The notes under the pieces were generated by a model that saw nothing but the letters and a program-made list of their open reading frames with translations, was not told the DNA's origin and made no database searches. A DNA stretch of 64,000 nucleotides, taken from positions 62,001-126,000 of the forward strand of contig OZ237766.1 in NCBI GenBank assembly GCA_965178125.1, in the 5' to 3' direction. The DNA comes from Bilabrum cf. latius. Its lineage: Eukaryota. This document shows, piece by piece, positions 36,315 through 49,800 of this stretch. Positions within the stretch are counted from its first letter, which is position 1, and each line of letters begins with the position of its first letter. The translations under genes and the position numbers were made by a program.

Positions 36315-37580
36315 TCAGCACGTCGGGTTGCACGCGTACGGGTGCTCGGTGTGCAGCGTGCACGGCAGGTGCGTGTGCTCCTCGGCGGGGGCCGGCTTGC
36401 CCGCTGCCACTGCCCCCCACCACGCATCGAATGCCTCCTTGAAGCTGACCCCGTCGACCTTGATCGAGGTAAAGGTAGTCCCCTACGAGGCCACGTGCGA
36501 CACGCACGAGTGCAGGAAGGCCCCGTTCCCCGGCTGCGAGAACTTGGGGGTGCTCTTCATCGTGCCGAGCATGCTGCTCGCGTAATCGTTGAACTGCCCC
36601 ATCTGCGTGGAGTTGCACTGGTTGTAGTCCTTCCCGCAGGCCTCGTACCCTGGCAATCCGTTGCACGACGCCCGCGCAGGGTCGTTGGTCTGGGGGTCAA
36701 GCACCGTGGTGAACTCGCATTTCAGCTGCCAGCTGTCCCAGGGACAGTTCATGATGAAGGTGGGCACCTCGGTGTGAGCCCACGAGAACTGCGCCATTCC
36801 GCACTTCCACTCGTCACCCGAAGGCATGGCAGACACGCACCTCTGGTTCACACCACCCGTGGCGTTCTAGAACGTCATCGCGTACTTGATCTACATCGGA
36901 TACACGTAGTCCCCTGCCGCGTTCTGGCGGTCCAGGAAAAACCCGCTGGCCGGCGCAGCCGCCACCGTGGCCCGCGAGTACCTGTCCGAGATGTACTGCG
37001 AGTGAAGGTAGGCAGCCAGACCGCCCGCGGACCCCCCCGAGACGAGCACCTTGGAGGCATCGCTCAGCCCGTGCATCGTGTCCAGTTCCTTGAGGATGGC
37101 CTGCAGGTTGGCGAACCCGCGACACCGGATGGTCTCGTTCGTCCCAGGCACGGGGACGTCACCCTCGCGATTGCCCGCAAAACTCATGCCGTCGAGGTAC
37201 CAGAGCACCACGCGGTTCGCACCGGCCAGTGAGTTGTACTCTGGGATGGGCGAGCTGGGCCCGGCCTCGAATTTGAATGTCTTTGCGAGGTTCTTGGAGG
37301 AGCCCAGCTCGCCCTTGGACCGCTCGTACGATTCCACCTCGTCGTAGGACCACCCGCCCCCTTTGAAATAAAGCACCCAGGTGGATGCAAGCGCCGGATC
37401 GGACGCCTTTGTGAAGTAGTACGCGGGCGGGCTGCCGTCCAGAGCAGCCGCATCGTACTCGGCCACGATGGAAGGATCCACGATGAAGAGATCAAGATCG
37501 GGGTAGGCCTCGCCCGCGAATGCCGGCACCGCACCGCAGAGTGCCAAAGCAACCAGAGCCAATGAGAGTGATCTCGCCAT
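36315..37580 (-). CDS. Secreted pectinacetylesterase/Notum-family esterase
   Basis: Signal peptide MARSLSLALVALALCGAVPAFA; motifs LDGSPPAYY, YFKGGGW, YLDGMSFAG, GGSAGG and DSWQ; family-typical C-terminus CNPTC then TGA. The C-terminus is reached only by reading TAGs at 36891, 36867 and 36483. Confidence 0.9.
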
Positions 37581-37701
37581 TGCGCCGTTCAGGGCGATCG
37601 AGGCGAAGAGTAGCACGGTTGCACTTCGTTGGTGTTTTACCACTTTGAGCACGCTACATCGACCATACGCATCCTTCTCCATTTCCTGTTCAAAGTGTGC
37701 C

Positions 37702-38930
37702 ATGCAGGCAAGCATGTACGGAGTGGAAGACGACGATGTCTAGTTCATGGAGAGCATCGCGCAAGCTATGCATGTTGTGCCGGGCTAGACATCAGAAAAG
37801 GGCACACTCGGCGCCAGTTGCAGTAGTAGTGCCCTTGGGACGGATGGACCAGCCGGTTAGGAGTTTCCGGCTTTCTCTGAAAGCGCAACGGCATCTGCAG
37901 AGTCTTTAAGTTCTATCCAAGGCAACCCCGTTGTACAGGCTGGCGTAAAGCGAAAGAGGCGGGAGGACGAGACAGCAGCAGCAAACCAGCGCCACCAGGT
38001 CAACCCAGCATCCGATTCCAGGCAGCCGTGGCATTGGTCCCCTCTGCTGCAGCTTCCTGATGATGTAACATTGAACATACTGGGTGGGTTGGACGGCCAC
38101 ACGCTGCTCTCCGGCGTGGCTCCGAGCAGCAAGCGGCTGTACGTGCTCGCTCACTACAACGACCTTTGGCGGCAGCTGGTGCTGCCCCGATGGGGCGGTT
38201 CATTCGCACAGCCGACCGACTGGACTGGGTGCTGGAGAGACGCATTTGTGGCCACCGTCACGCGCGAGCGCGGGACTCCCGGTTCCTACCGCCCGCACGC
38301 CCCTCTGTCCCTGCGGGCCGTGTCTTCCACTCTGCTCCTGAAGCAGTGGAGGTGCGCCAACCTGCCCATCCGGCCGTTGCCCCGGGGGGTGGGGCCTGTG
38401 GTGCTAGGGGTGGGGCCTGCGGTGCTAGGGGGTAGCGATGGTTCTTGCTCTGACAGCCAGGGAGGGGGGAGCACCCCGGAGCCAGTGGGGGGTCGCGAGA
38501 TCGGCTCGGTGCAGGGAGGGGGGGAGCAGGAGGGGGGGCATGGGGAGGGTGGGGGGGCAGGCAGGGGTCATGTCTCCAAGCGAGCGAGGGTGCAGCGGGG
38601 GAGCACTTCTATCCCCCCAGGTGGGGACACGGAGCCCCCGGAGTGGCTCAGGGGTCCTTGCACAGTGCCAGTGGAGGAAGCTTCTGATTTGACTCCGGAT
38701 CGATTTGCGACCAAGTACGAGAGGCCAAACCTGCCTGTTATGGTGCGGGGCCTCACTCGTCACTGGCCAGCCATGCGGAAGTGGGCCCAGCCGGGGTACA
38801 TGGAGTCTTGCGCCGAGGAGGGCGCGGGCATGACGGGACGGGCGCCGAGTGCCAGCGGGGAGGCGGGGACTTCTCCTCCTTCCCTCCCAGCGACAGGAGG
38901 CTCCGGTGCATAGCATGTGCCGCCACCGCT

Positions 38931-38963
<33 letters not shown>

Positions 38964-40056
38964 TTCATCTTCATCTTCATCGGCTACCGCCGGCGCGCGC
39001 CCTGCATCCGGGCAGGGCACGGGGAAAGCGAAGGAGGACAAGTTTGTCGCGGGAGGCATCCGGTTCTCGATGCGGGAATACATGAGGTACTGCCTGGCTG
39101 CCGGGAGTGGTGTGACGAGTGGCCGTGGCACCCCCAGCGGAACCGACCCGGCCTACCCGGTCCCCGACGGCGCCGCGCACTGGGACGACCAGCACATGTA
39201 TCTTTTCGACCGGCAGCTGGCGCGCAAGGCACCCCGCATGATCGGGGACATCGACATACCCCCCATCTTTGACCACTCCAGAGACGCCTTTGCCCTCCTG
39301 GGCAAAGAGGCGCGCCCCCACTGGCGCTGGATCATCATCGGCCCCTCCCGCAGCGGCTCGACATTCCACAAGGACCCCAACGGGACGTGCGCTTGGAACG
39401 CGCCCGTGGTGGGCCGCAAGAAGTGGATCTTCCTGCCCCCCGAGCTGGCTCCCCCGGGGGTGCACGCCTCGTAGGATGGGGGGCAGGTGGCGGCGCCCCT
39501 CTCCCTGGGGGAGTGGTTCCTGGATTATTATTCCGAGTACAGGGCCTGGCTGCGGCGGATGGGCAGGGAGCCGCTCGAGTGCATCTGCGGGCCCGGTGAC
39601 GCGGTGTTTGTTCCCCAGGGGTGGTGGCACTGCGCGCTGAACCTGGACACCCCGTGCGTGGCCATGACCAGCAACTACGTGCCTCTCTCGTGCCCCACTG
39701 CGGTGCGGCGGGCCATCCGGTTCGCCGAGGAGCACCCAGACCAGGTGAGCGGGTATGATGAGGAGGGGCTGGCGGAGTCGCACGCGGCCCGCCTGAGGAA
39801 GGCCATCGAGGAGCGTGACCCGGGGGTGCACTCCGCCCTGCAGGCCCTGGACAAAGAGGAGGAGGAGGCCCGGAGGGAGAGGAACAGGAGGGCGGGAGTG
39901 GAGATGGAGGGGAGGTGGAGGGACGTGCTGGGGGAGCGGAGTAGCGTGTATTTTGGGGGACAAGAAGGAGAGGGGAGCGAGTCCGGGGGTGGGCTGTTTG
40001 GGGGTGCATCGGACGGTGGTGATGGTGATGACTAGGGTGGTGATCTCGGATGGTGA
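37702..40056 (+). CDS. F-box plus JmjC-domain protein (JMJD6/JMJ22-like); start approximate
   Basis: F-box-like LLQLPDDVTLNILGGLD; FATKYERPNLPV; YLFD; WRWIIIGPSRSGSTFHKDPNGTCAWN; GRKKW; PPGVHAS*DG; FVPQGWWHCALNL. TAGs at 37741, 37786, 37858, 38911, 39472 and 40033; TGA 40054-40056. Confidence 0.88.
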
Positions 40057-40133
40057 CAAAGTTCGAAATCTATTGCAATGTCTCCTCCCATCTCAGGATC
40101 ATGGCGTTCATTGCACGGTCCAATCGTTCATGA

Positions 40134-41701
40134 TCATTTCTCGAATCCAGTCGCCACAACCCTCCGCCCCCCCCTGCCCTTCCCCGACCGCCTGCCCTTC
40201 CTCAGCGCCTTCACACCACCTGCGCCTGCTCCTGACCGCCCGCCACCCTCCTCATCTTCATCTTCATCGCTGTTGCCCTCCGCCTGCTCCTGCGCCCCCG
40301 CGGGCCCACTCGACTGCAGCTGCAGGCCCACTCCGGGCGCGGCCTGCTTCTTGAGCTCGAAGGCTACCCCCCCCTCCCCCCTCCTCCTCACGCGGGACAC
40401 CTGCCCCACCGCCGCATCCCCCCGCGAGTCAACCTCTGACACCCCGTCTACCGCCCGCCGCGCGAGCCCTGCGTAGTCCCCCGCCCCCGCACTCGATTGC
40501 GCGGCGCCGCTCCCTTTGCGGAACCCCTCCCTCAGCCTCGCCGCCTCCTCCCCGCCCGCTTCTCTCCGCTTGGAACCCCCCTCCACCGAGGCCACGCCGC
40601 TGCCCTGCCAACCCGCCGACTGCCACGCGGACAGTTCCGCAGCGGCGTCGTGTGCGCGGCGCCGCACCTCCGCGGCCGCCTCCAGAGCGGAACCGCCCCC
40701 TGCCCCCAACGCAGCCCCGGCCATGCCCCCCCCTCCGTGGGGCAACACGGGCGGCACCACCGCCCTGTCCCCCCCCGCTTCCACGGCGGGACCCACGGCC
40801 CCTCCCCTGCCCTCCCCCTGGGGCCCCACCTCCCCCGCGTCGGCCAGTGCCAGCAGCCTGTCTGCCCGCTCCTTCACTGCCGCCCGCATCGCCGAGTGCA
40901 CCGCCCGTGCCCCCTGCAACGATGCCTCACGCATCGATCGGAGCGCCTCCACCCCGCAGCGCGCCGCCATCCCCGCCCTCACCACGGCCCCCGTCCTGGC
41001 CTCAAAGCAGAACTCCGCCGCCGCCCCCCCGCTCATGCCCTCCTCGTCACACGGGTCCACCAGGATGTTGCGACCAACTTGCAGGGCCCCGCAAGCGGCG
41101 GGCAGGCTCGACATGGCCACGCCCGCATCTGCCAGGGCCAGCGCCGCAGCGTTGGTGGCGCAGCAGAGGGCCCCACCGTCGTCGTGCAGGACCAGCAGGC
41201 TGACGTGCAGCTGCGATCGGGGGTACAGGTGCAGCATCACGCACGGCTCCAGACTACCCTTGATAGCCAGGGCACAGTCCACGGAGCGGTGGTCTCCGTG
41301 CCTCCTGGGCCTCCTCTCGATCTTGGCGAACGGGGCCACGGTGAACTCGACCGAGATGCCGGCCGCGCCGTGGTGCGCGCTGGAGCGGCGGTCTGCCTGC
41401 GTAGGGAGTAGTACTAGCGGACGCAGGATGAATTCAATATATTTCAAGACAAGAGACTGCTGGTTGAGCGAACTTGCGCTGCTCGTAGTACTGGCAATCT
41501 CACCTCCTGCGGTCCGTGTACCACGGCGTACACTTGCGTGAGCCCCATGCACATCACAGCGCTGCCATCCGGCTGGTCTCCAGACGATCCAACCGATGCC
41601 GAGTTGAATACGCCGAGCCTGCAATGGACCAATCTTCCTTCGCTGGGCAATCTGCCGTCAAGCCGGTACCCAGCGAGATTCACGTAGTCTCTAGAAGACA
41701 T
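40134..41701 (-). CDS. RRP41: Exosome complex RNase PH-like subunit RRP41 with a low-complexity C-terminal extension, 2 exons
   Basis: GYRLDGR...DGSA...GLTQVYAVVHGPQE | ...YPRSQLHVSLLVLHDDGG...NAAALALADAGV. GT-AG intron 41397-41503; TGA stop. Confidence 0.88.
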
Positions 41702-42133
41702 TGGTCAAGTCCAAGTAGATTTCTGGTGGTTTAGGTAGAGTATAATCTATGACGCCACGTGTTTGTCCTTTTTGTAGGTGCAAGCGTTGTACAATGCAGT
41801 TTCTATGCGGAGAAGAGCAGTTGCAGCTCCGATCAAAACTGGAATGCCTCACAAAGTTCGACGGTCGAACCAATTCGATGATTTGAACGGTTTCAGTACT
41901 TTGCTGGTGATCCAGCTCGGTTTTCTCGAAAATCTCCTAGATTATCAATAATAAGATTATTGTCGGTGCTCCTATTATATCTTTGCGGATTCTGAACCTC
42001 ACAGCGGCAGCTGCATTGGCTTCAAAGGCTCACCAGCAGCAGTGCGGTCAGGTGCTGCACAAAAAGAGGTCAATCGAAAAGGTACACAGCCTCTAAGCCG
42101 CACTCAACCCGTAGTTTTAGTAGTAGTTTATCA

Positions 42134-43864
42134 ATGAATTCGAATTCGTCGCGTGCTAGCGGACCGCGGACAAACAGCAGGAGCGTGATTGTGCGGTAGC
42201 GAGATGGAGTCGACGGAGCCGTCACAGGCGCTAAGCAACATGCACGCGCAGCTGCTTCCACTCTTCGGGGCAGTAATCCTACATCTCAGCCATCCAGTCG
42301 GAGGCGGCAAGCCAGGCGCCACGTGGTCACGCCAGTGGCTGCAGGAGCCGCCAGTGCCAGTGCAACCAAGGCAGCGGCAGGAGCTGCCCGCTGTCCGCTG
42401 CAGCCACCACAGCTGCCGGTCCCCGGGCCAGCGCGGGGGGCGGCCACCACTGCGGCCACCCGCTCCAGCAGGCATGCCGGCACTAGGCCGGCCCGCGGCA
42501 GCGGAACCTCTAGGGGCGCCGCGCACACCCGACCGCCTTCCTCCTGGCGCCCCTCTGCCCTGGCCAGCCACTTGGCCCCGCTGACTGCCCTGTGCGAGAG
42601 CAGAGAGGACGCCGCACTGGTGGGTGCCATGGGGGACTGGCTGCAGGGGGGGAGGGCCAGGCGATGGGCCGCGGGGGTGGGGTCAGAGGCGGCTGCCGTG
42701 CCATCGACGGAGGTGGGTCCATTGCCTCTTTGGGCCACTGCCGCGCCTAGTGCGGAAGCAAGCGTGGGACCAGGGAAAGCAGCAGCAGCAAAACAGCTTC
42801 AAGAGAGAGGGAAAGCCAGTGGAGATGACCCGCGCGCCGCCCGCCTGGCACGCTGGCAGGCCGCCCTCGATCAGTCGGTTACAACCGCCGTAGTTGTTCC
42901 CCAGCGGCTGGTCTCTGCCATGCGGGCGGTGCTAGCAGATCGCGCGGAGCCCGATGGTGTGACGAGTGAGGGGGAGGGCAGGGGCAGGCACCGACCCAGG
43001 TCCAAGCGCAGGTCCAGGGGGACGAGTGGGGCGGGGGCCGCGTCTGCCGTCCCACCGGGGGGTGTCCAGGTGGGCGTGCTGGGGGCGAGGGGTGGGGGTA
43101 GGGCCGGTCGGTTGGCGCGGCAGGCCCAGCAGCAGGTACAGCGCGGGGAGGAAGACCGGAACAAGGAAGAGGCCCTGGGGCTGGTGCAGGGATGGGAGCT
43201 CGAGGGGCTGCTGGCCCCCGTCCTGGGGGCAGGGAACAAGAAAGGGATGGATCCAGGGAACAGAGAAGGCGCAAGCATGGCACAATCAAAGGGGACAGGG
43301 ACAGGGACAGGGGCAGGGGCGGGGCGGGCGGCGGGTGACGTGTGGGTCGAGGAGATGAGCGGTGCCGCGCGATCCGGGGCCGGTGCCGCAGCCCACGGCT
43401 CCGTGGTCAAGATGCAGCTAGCAGATCGACGGCTCGTCGCGGTTCATTTTGATTCCGAGTCCGTTGCGCGGCGCCGAGAGTTGGTTCCGCTGGTGGTGCT
43501 CTCGACGCGCGAGCTGCACCAGTGGGCCTCCATGGTCTTGAGAGCCCTGAGGGGAGTGCGGTCGAATGCCAGCGGGATTGCCAGCGGAGCCAGCAGCAGC
43601 AAGAAGAAAAAGGGGGCCGGAAGTGGAGCGCAAGCTGGGGATGGTGACGCCGACGCTTCCTCCTCGTCGACCCCCCCAGCGAGCACTCCTCCGCTGAGGA
43701 GGGCCTTGGATGCCTTCAAGGCGGCGCAACACGCGGCGAGGGCGAGGGCCAGCGCGAGTGTGACGAGTGCTCAGATGGGCCCGCTGGTGTTTCCCGCCGG
43801 TGGGCTGGCCGGTCCCTCGCCCCCGCGCTCCTTGGCGTCTGCTGCAGCGGCCCGTGGGGGCCCT

Positions 43865-43896
<32 letters not shown>

Positions 43897-46800
43897 ATCG
43901 CAGATGATGAGGATCGACTTAGAACAGCTGAGGCAGGCATAGCTACGGGATGGCTGTGTGACGAGTGAGGGCTGGGCGATGCTCGAGGAGGCCATGCGTG
44001 GAGCCGGGTACGGGCCCGGCGCGTGCAGGAGGGGCGTCAACGTCGACCCGATCTCTGGTCTCATGTGGCCTGTGAGGATACCCGTCAAGCGGTGGCCGGC
44101 GGGTCCGCACCTGATCGCACGGCAGTGCGATGCACCCGTGCGTCCGCTCGTGTTCGAGTACCCGAGTGACGAGAGCAGCCTGCAGGCCATCGCCAGAGTG
44201 CACTCCCCCGAGGCGGCTCTCTCGGAGTCCACCCCCGGGGAACACAGGAGGGACTCGTACGGCATTTCGGGGAGCGGGACATCCCCCCTGCTTTCTCCCA
44301 AGCAGATGCGCCGCCATGCAGACGCGGTGCGGCGCCGGGCCCTGGAGGCGGTGGAGCTGCTGGTGGACCAGGGGTCCTTCGTGGGGCAGCGGGTGCATCG
44401 CACTGCAGCCCTGCTGATGGCCTACGGGGGGTCCTCTGTGACGCTCCCGGACCTGCTGCCGGCGCCGCGCAACCAGGTTCCGCTCGAGTGGGCGGGCCCC
44501 TGCTGCGCGCTGGAGGAGGGGCTGCGGCTGGCCGCGGATCTGCCATGCACCGTGGCGGCGGGGGTGGCGGCTTGGGCCGTGGCGGGGCTGCGGGCGGCCT
44601 GCAGCGCAGGCAGGGCCGCCGATGGGGACTTTGAGAGGGGAGAGGGGGAAGGCGCGGATGTGCAGGTGCACGGCATTGCGGTGCAGGGGCCTATGCCCCG
44701 TGCAATGATCCGCGAGATCCGGGCAATGGTGGCTGCGGCGCCGCGCATGAGGTTCCGCGACGCGGTGGCCGTGCTGCAGGCGATAGAGTCTGGCGAGTGT
44801 CTGCAGTGGACTCGATGGCCGCCGCCCACTGCGGAACCGGAGGCGCCGCGCAGTTCCATGCGAGGGTCCTCTGCTGCTGGCGATGGTGCCACGATCCAGT
44901 TGCCAGCGCTTCGTGAAGGTTCGCTCTGGCGCTCGGCGTCTTCGTCGCAGCGCCGTCTGGAGTGCATGCAGCGGGCGGGGGCCTGGCTGCGGAGACTGCT
45001 GCAGGAGCTGCGGCCGATGCTTCACGCTCGGCAGTTGGCGGTGCAGCGGCTGTACTTTTTGTGGCGAGCAGCGGACACGTCGCGCCACTTGGAAGTCGTG
45101 AGAGAGGAGGAGAAGCAAAGGGCGATAGAGAAGGAGAAACAATCGCTGGTAGGGAGGGGGGCAGGTGCATTGGTAGAGGGTGGGGCGGGGGACGGCCCAC
45201 AGGCACCGATGGAAGTCGAGGAAAGTGCAGGGCAGGATGGCTGCGCGGCGCCGGGCAGCGATGGCGAGAAGCCGACTGGTGCTGGAGACGGCCGCATGCC
45301 GGAGACAGAGAGGGAGGAAGGCGACGAGGACGGGGACGGGGACAGGGATGGGGGCAAGGAGGAAGACAATGATCGTGCAGAGGGGGCTGCAGCCGACCAG
45401 GGTGCAGCGCATGAAGGTGCTCGCACCGAGGCTGGTGTAGCAGCAGCCCCAACGCCTAGCTCCCAAATGCCCGCAGCTCATGCTCCCGCCCCCCGAGCAG
45501 GGGCGAAGCGGAAGAGGCCTTTGACTCGGAGCCAGAAATCCGCCAGCGAACCGCCGTGCACGCCACCCGCGCGGACAGTGACCAGGCGCACCAGTCCCCG
45601 TCGGCGCGGCGCCGGTTCCGCAGTCACCCCGTCTCCCCGGCAGCGAAATGCAGGCCATGCTGGGGATTCTCGGAAGAACGGCAGTGGCAAGGGCAGTGGC
45701 AATGGCAGAGGCAAGGGTAGTGGGCGGGGGCGGGCGCCTCCTCGTGCGCCCCGACCCACTCGCCGCAGCGCCCGGCTGTTGAGGACGCCCGTGGGAGCAG
45801 AAGGACGTTTGCAGCAGCATGGTATGGAGGGTGAGGGAGACACAGAGGCCCGGGGCGAGAAGGATGAAGAAAAGGAGGAATAGGGTGATGGTGATGCCAA
45901 GGACGCGCAGGGGCGGGGAGACCCGGGGTCAGCCGCGGAGCCGAGTCCAAAGAAGAAGAGGAGGAGGGAGGCGGGGGCAAGCGCCGGTGGCAAGGAGCCA
46001 GAGCACCAAGTTGGCAGCACCAAAGCGCTGCCTGCTGCAGACGACTAGGAAGAGCACAAAGACAAGGGCAAGGAAGAGCACGATGAGGAGAAGAGTAAGC
46101 TGGCACTTGCAGCGGCAGAGGCAGCGGCCGCCGAGCTGGCGGCGGTGGCCATGGGTGCATCGCATGGTGGCGCAAGGTTGGGTCCAGTGTCTAGACTACT
46201 CGCTCAGAAGAAGGGCGCCGCGCAAACCGGTTCCGCATCAGCTCTCGTCCATTCGAGGGGGCCTCCAGCCGCAGCTGCAGCCAACGGTGCCACGAAGCCG
46301 AGCGCGGTGGTGCGTGACAGGCAGGCCGCAGAGAAGGAAGCCGCAGAGAAGAAGGCCGCAGGGAACGCGGTCGCAGGGAACAACGACACCGGGAGCAAGG
46401 CCGCAGGGAACAAGGCCAATGCCGCCGGTTTGCAATTCCCAGGCCGCAGCCGCCGCCGGCCCCGTTGTGAAGTGTGCGGGGAGACGTATGCTGGAGGCGC
46501 GCTGGCCGAGCACATTAAGTCGCGGGTGCATGTGAGGAGGCGGATGGCGGCGGTGCGAGAGGGCACCAGGTTGGCTGGGTCGTTCGTGACTGCCATGCTG
46601 GACGATAGAGAGAGAGAAAGGGGGAGAGGGGGGGCTTCCGGGTCGAGCGCGGGTGCATCGCATGGCGGTGCACCGTCCTCTGTAGATCCCTCGCTGGTGG
46701 TCGGCATCGGGGAGGGGGAGGAAATGCCGGCCTCCTCTCCTGCAGCCCCCTCCTCCTCCTCCTCCTCCTCCTCCTCCTCTTCGTCTTCTTCTCTCAGCGG

Positions 46801-49800
46801 TGGTGTGAATGGTGTGACGAGTGCGGTGGCAGAGGCCCAGCAGGTGCGTCCGCTCATGCTCTCGCCCCAGCCCGCGCCGCATACGGGCTCCGGCTCCGGA
46901 TTTGGTGTGACGAGCGCACCCGTCTCAACCTCCACCCCACCGGCGCAGCATGCGGCCTCCCTGCTCTCACCGGCGCCGCGCAGCGGAACCGCCTCCCCAG
47001 CAGGCTCCCAGGCCACCGCCGGCCTCGAGGACGCCCTCGACAGGACCGCCCTCCTGTCCCCCGCACTCGTCACACGGGGCGGGAAGGGTGCCCGGCCCCG
47101 GATTTCCGTGGGCGCTGCCGGCGCCCGGTGGGGCGGGCCCTCCTCGGGTGCCGGGTCTGGTGGAGTCGTCCACAGGGGCATGGGCAGGGGCATGGGCATG
47201 GGCAGGGGCATGGGCTTGGGCATGGGCATGGGCATGGGCATAGGCAGATCACCGGCCGGGCTATCCCGCGGTGACGTGTCCGCATGGCTTGAGTGGGAGG
47301 CATCTCCCGGCCGATCGGAGCTGGAGGCAGCCGCGGGGTTCGAAGAGCCGCTTCTTGAGGCGGCTGTGAGGCACGGCGTTAGGGCCATGAAGGCGCGTGT
47401 GACGAGTGCGAGGCGCTCTCGGTGGGCGGCGCTGGTGCGTTGGGCGGCGACGGAGGGTGCTCGGGTGCCGACGCAGGTGCGGGGCTGCAAGGCCCGTGGA
47501 AGGTGTGACGAGTGGGTCCAGCGGGCGCTGGCAGCTCGCGTGCAGCAGTTCAGGGCGAGCCGTCCGCACCTGTGGCTGGGGTACACGATCCACCGAAGGT
47601 TCCCCAAGCACGGGCAAGTTCGCCGGCTGGGACTGGACGAGGCGTGGGGCATGTGCGCGAGGGGGGAGGCGGAGGGGCTGCTGCGGGACATGGCAAGGCA
47701 GGCCAGGGAACAACCAGGGCTGGGGGCACAGCTGAGGAAGGTATTTCTGCGGGCCGTGCCGGTGACCCCCTGGGTGGCTCCACCGGTGGATGGCCAGGGA
47801 ACAAGTGAGACCGACACCGGCGGTGGTGCCAGCCTGGGTGCGGGGGCCCGCAGCCTGCTGCATCTGGCTTTAGGTGCTAGCGGGCGAGGCCTCGAAGGTG
47901 GAGGGGGAGCAGCAGCACGAAGCTATGCCAAGACCAAGAGGCCCAGTAGCCCGGGCAGCTCCAATGCAGGCGGGGAGGCTGCTGCCAACTCGATGCCGCT
48001 GTCAGAGGAGCAGGCGGACTTGCTGCTGCCTACCTCTTTGGCCGCCGATGCAGACCCATGGGATGCTGACATGCCGGCGGGGGTGCGCCGGCCGGTAGTG
48101 CGTGTGGATGGGCTGCCTTCGGGCTGGCTGCAGGGGGTGCACAATCAGGACGACAGCCTGCGTGTGGCGAGTGCGGGGGCCTTGGGACGGGTGCTGGGGG
48201 ATGCAGTGCGGCGGGTGCTGGCAGAGGGGAAGAGTGGTCAAAGCGACCACGGTGATCAAAGCGGCGCGCAGGGGAAGGGTGGACAAAGCGGTTCCGCTGT
48301 AAATCTCGCCTCTGCTGTGGCGGATGCGGCGCGAAAAGCCGGTGTCGCCGTAGCAGAGGGTTTCGAGGCGAAGGCTGCGGGGGCCGCTGCATCACGGCTG
48401 GAGGAGGCAGGGGTGCCTAAAGATACCACCAGTGCCAGCAGTGGTGGCGCTGCTAGTGAGGGATCCAGATCGATGGATAGCGACCAAGATTCGAAGAGCT
48501 CGGTGGCAAAAGGCAGCTCCACCTCTGCACATGCTAGTGGAGGTGGTGCCGCGCAACAATCGCCACTCGTCACACCGGCCTTGCCGTCCTGGGTGCAGCA
48601 GTCCGTGGGGGCAGAGCGCGCCCTCCGTCGCGCCGAGGACCGCATGGTGGAGGGCGGCATGGAGGCCAGGTGTGTGCCTGTCAAGAGCATGGCCAGGCCG
48701 TCAGACGGGCCGCGAGCCGGGCTCATGCGTCGGATCGAGACGGCGAGGCGGGCGGGCGTGCCGGAGGGCGTGCTTGCGGACTGGATGCAGGGGCTGGAGC
48801 GCGCCGTGAAGGGGCTGGAGATGCACCTGGGCTGCAGAGGGGATGGTGAGAGGGAAAGGAGTGGAGAAGGGGACAGGGATCAGGAGCAGGACGGGCTGTG
48901 GGACGTGACGGGTTGGCTGGAGGGCAGGGGCGAGGACCCGGTGCCGCTCGCCTCTTCTTCTTCTTCTTCTTCCCCTTCTTCTGATGCGGCTGCTGCATCC
49001 TCTTCATCGTCTTCTTTCTTGCATTCTGGTTCAGGGCGGACACGCCGTGGGTTTGGCACTCCGAGCGCGGTGCACGTGCTGGTGGGCAGGTCCCTGCCGC
49101 AGCTCAGGAAGCAGCGGGCGGCGGCTGCTCTCGCCATGGAGCAGCTCGAGGAGCGGGAGCGGGAGCAAGCTGGGGGGAGTGGGCGCAGCGGGTCTGGTGG
49201 AGGGCTTCGTATGAGCAGCAGTGCAGTGCAGGCTGCGAGCTGGTCGTCCTCCCCAATCGGCGATGGGGACGATGATAACGAGGATGGTTGGTCCTCCAGC
49301 GGGGGCTCGGACGCAATGGGAGAAGGAGAGGAGGAGGACCGGGCTGCGCCGCGATTCGATGCATCCATGCCTCGCAAAGACACGGACCCTCTTGGCCCCG
49401 GTCGGCTGGTGGGGCTCAAAGAGGCCTTCAGGGGGCTGAGGCGGATGCTCAGGCTAGTGCCACAGGTGCTGGCGGGCAGGCTGGTGGAGAGGGCGAGCGC
49501 GGCCCGGGGTGCCAGGGCGCGTGCGTGGCGGGGGAGGAGGGAAGCAAGGGCCAGGGCGCTGGTGCTGCGTGCCCAGGGGCTGAAAGAGGGGTGTGACGAG
49601 TGGGATGCGGCCATGCGGCAGCTGGAGTCGCAGGGCTGGATTCCTGTGCCCAGCGCGGTGGGTGTGGAGCATGACCCTGACACGTTTGCTGACGTGTTGG
49701 CGGAGTTGTAGGTCCGCCTAGAGCAGAGAGCTGACGAAGAGGAGGGCGGAGACGACGATGCTACTGCTGGGGAACAGATGGTTGCAACCAGTGGATCGGC

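Noticed and set aside
21244-39474. Tiny introns removing each TAG
   Set aside because: Flanking sequences stay in frame and collinear with the expected protein motifs, with no consistent GT donors. The real introns traced here are about 90-220 nt and end in GCAG.
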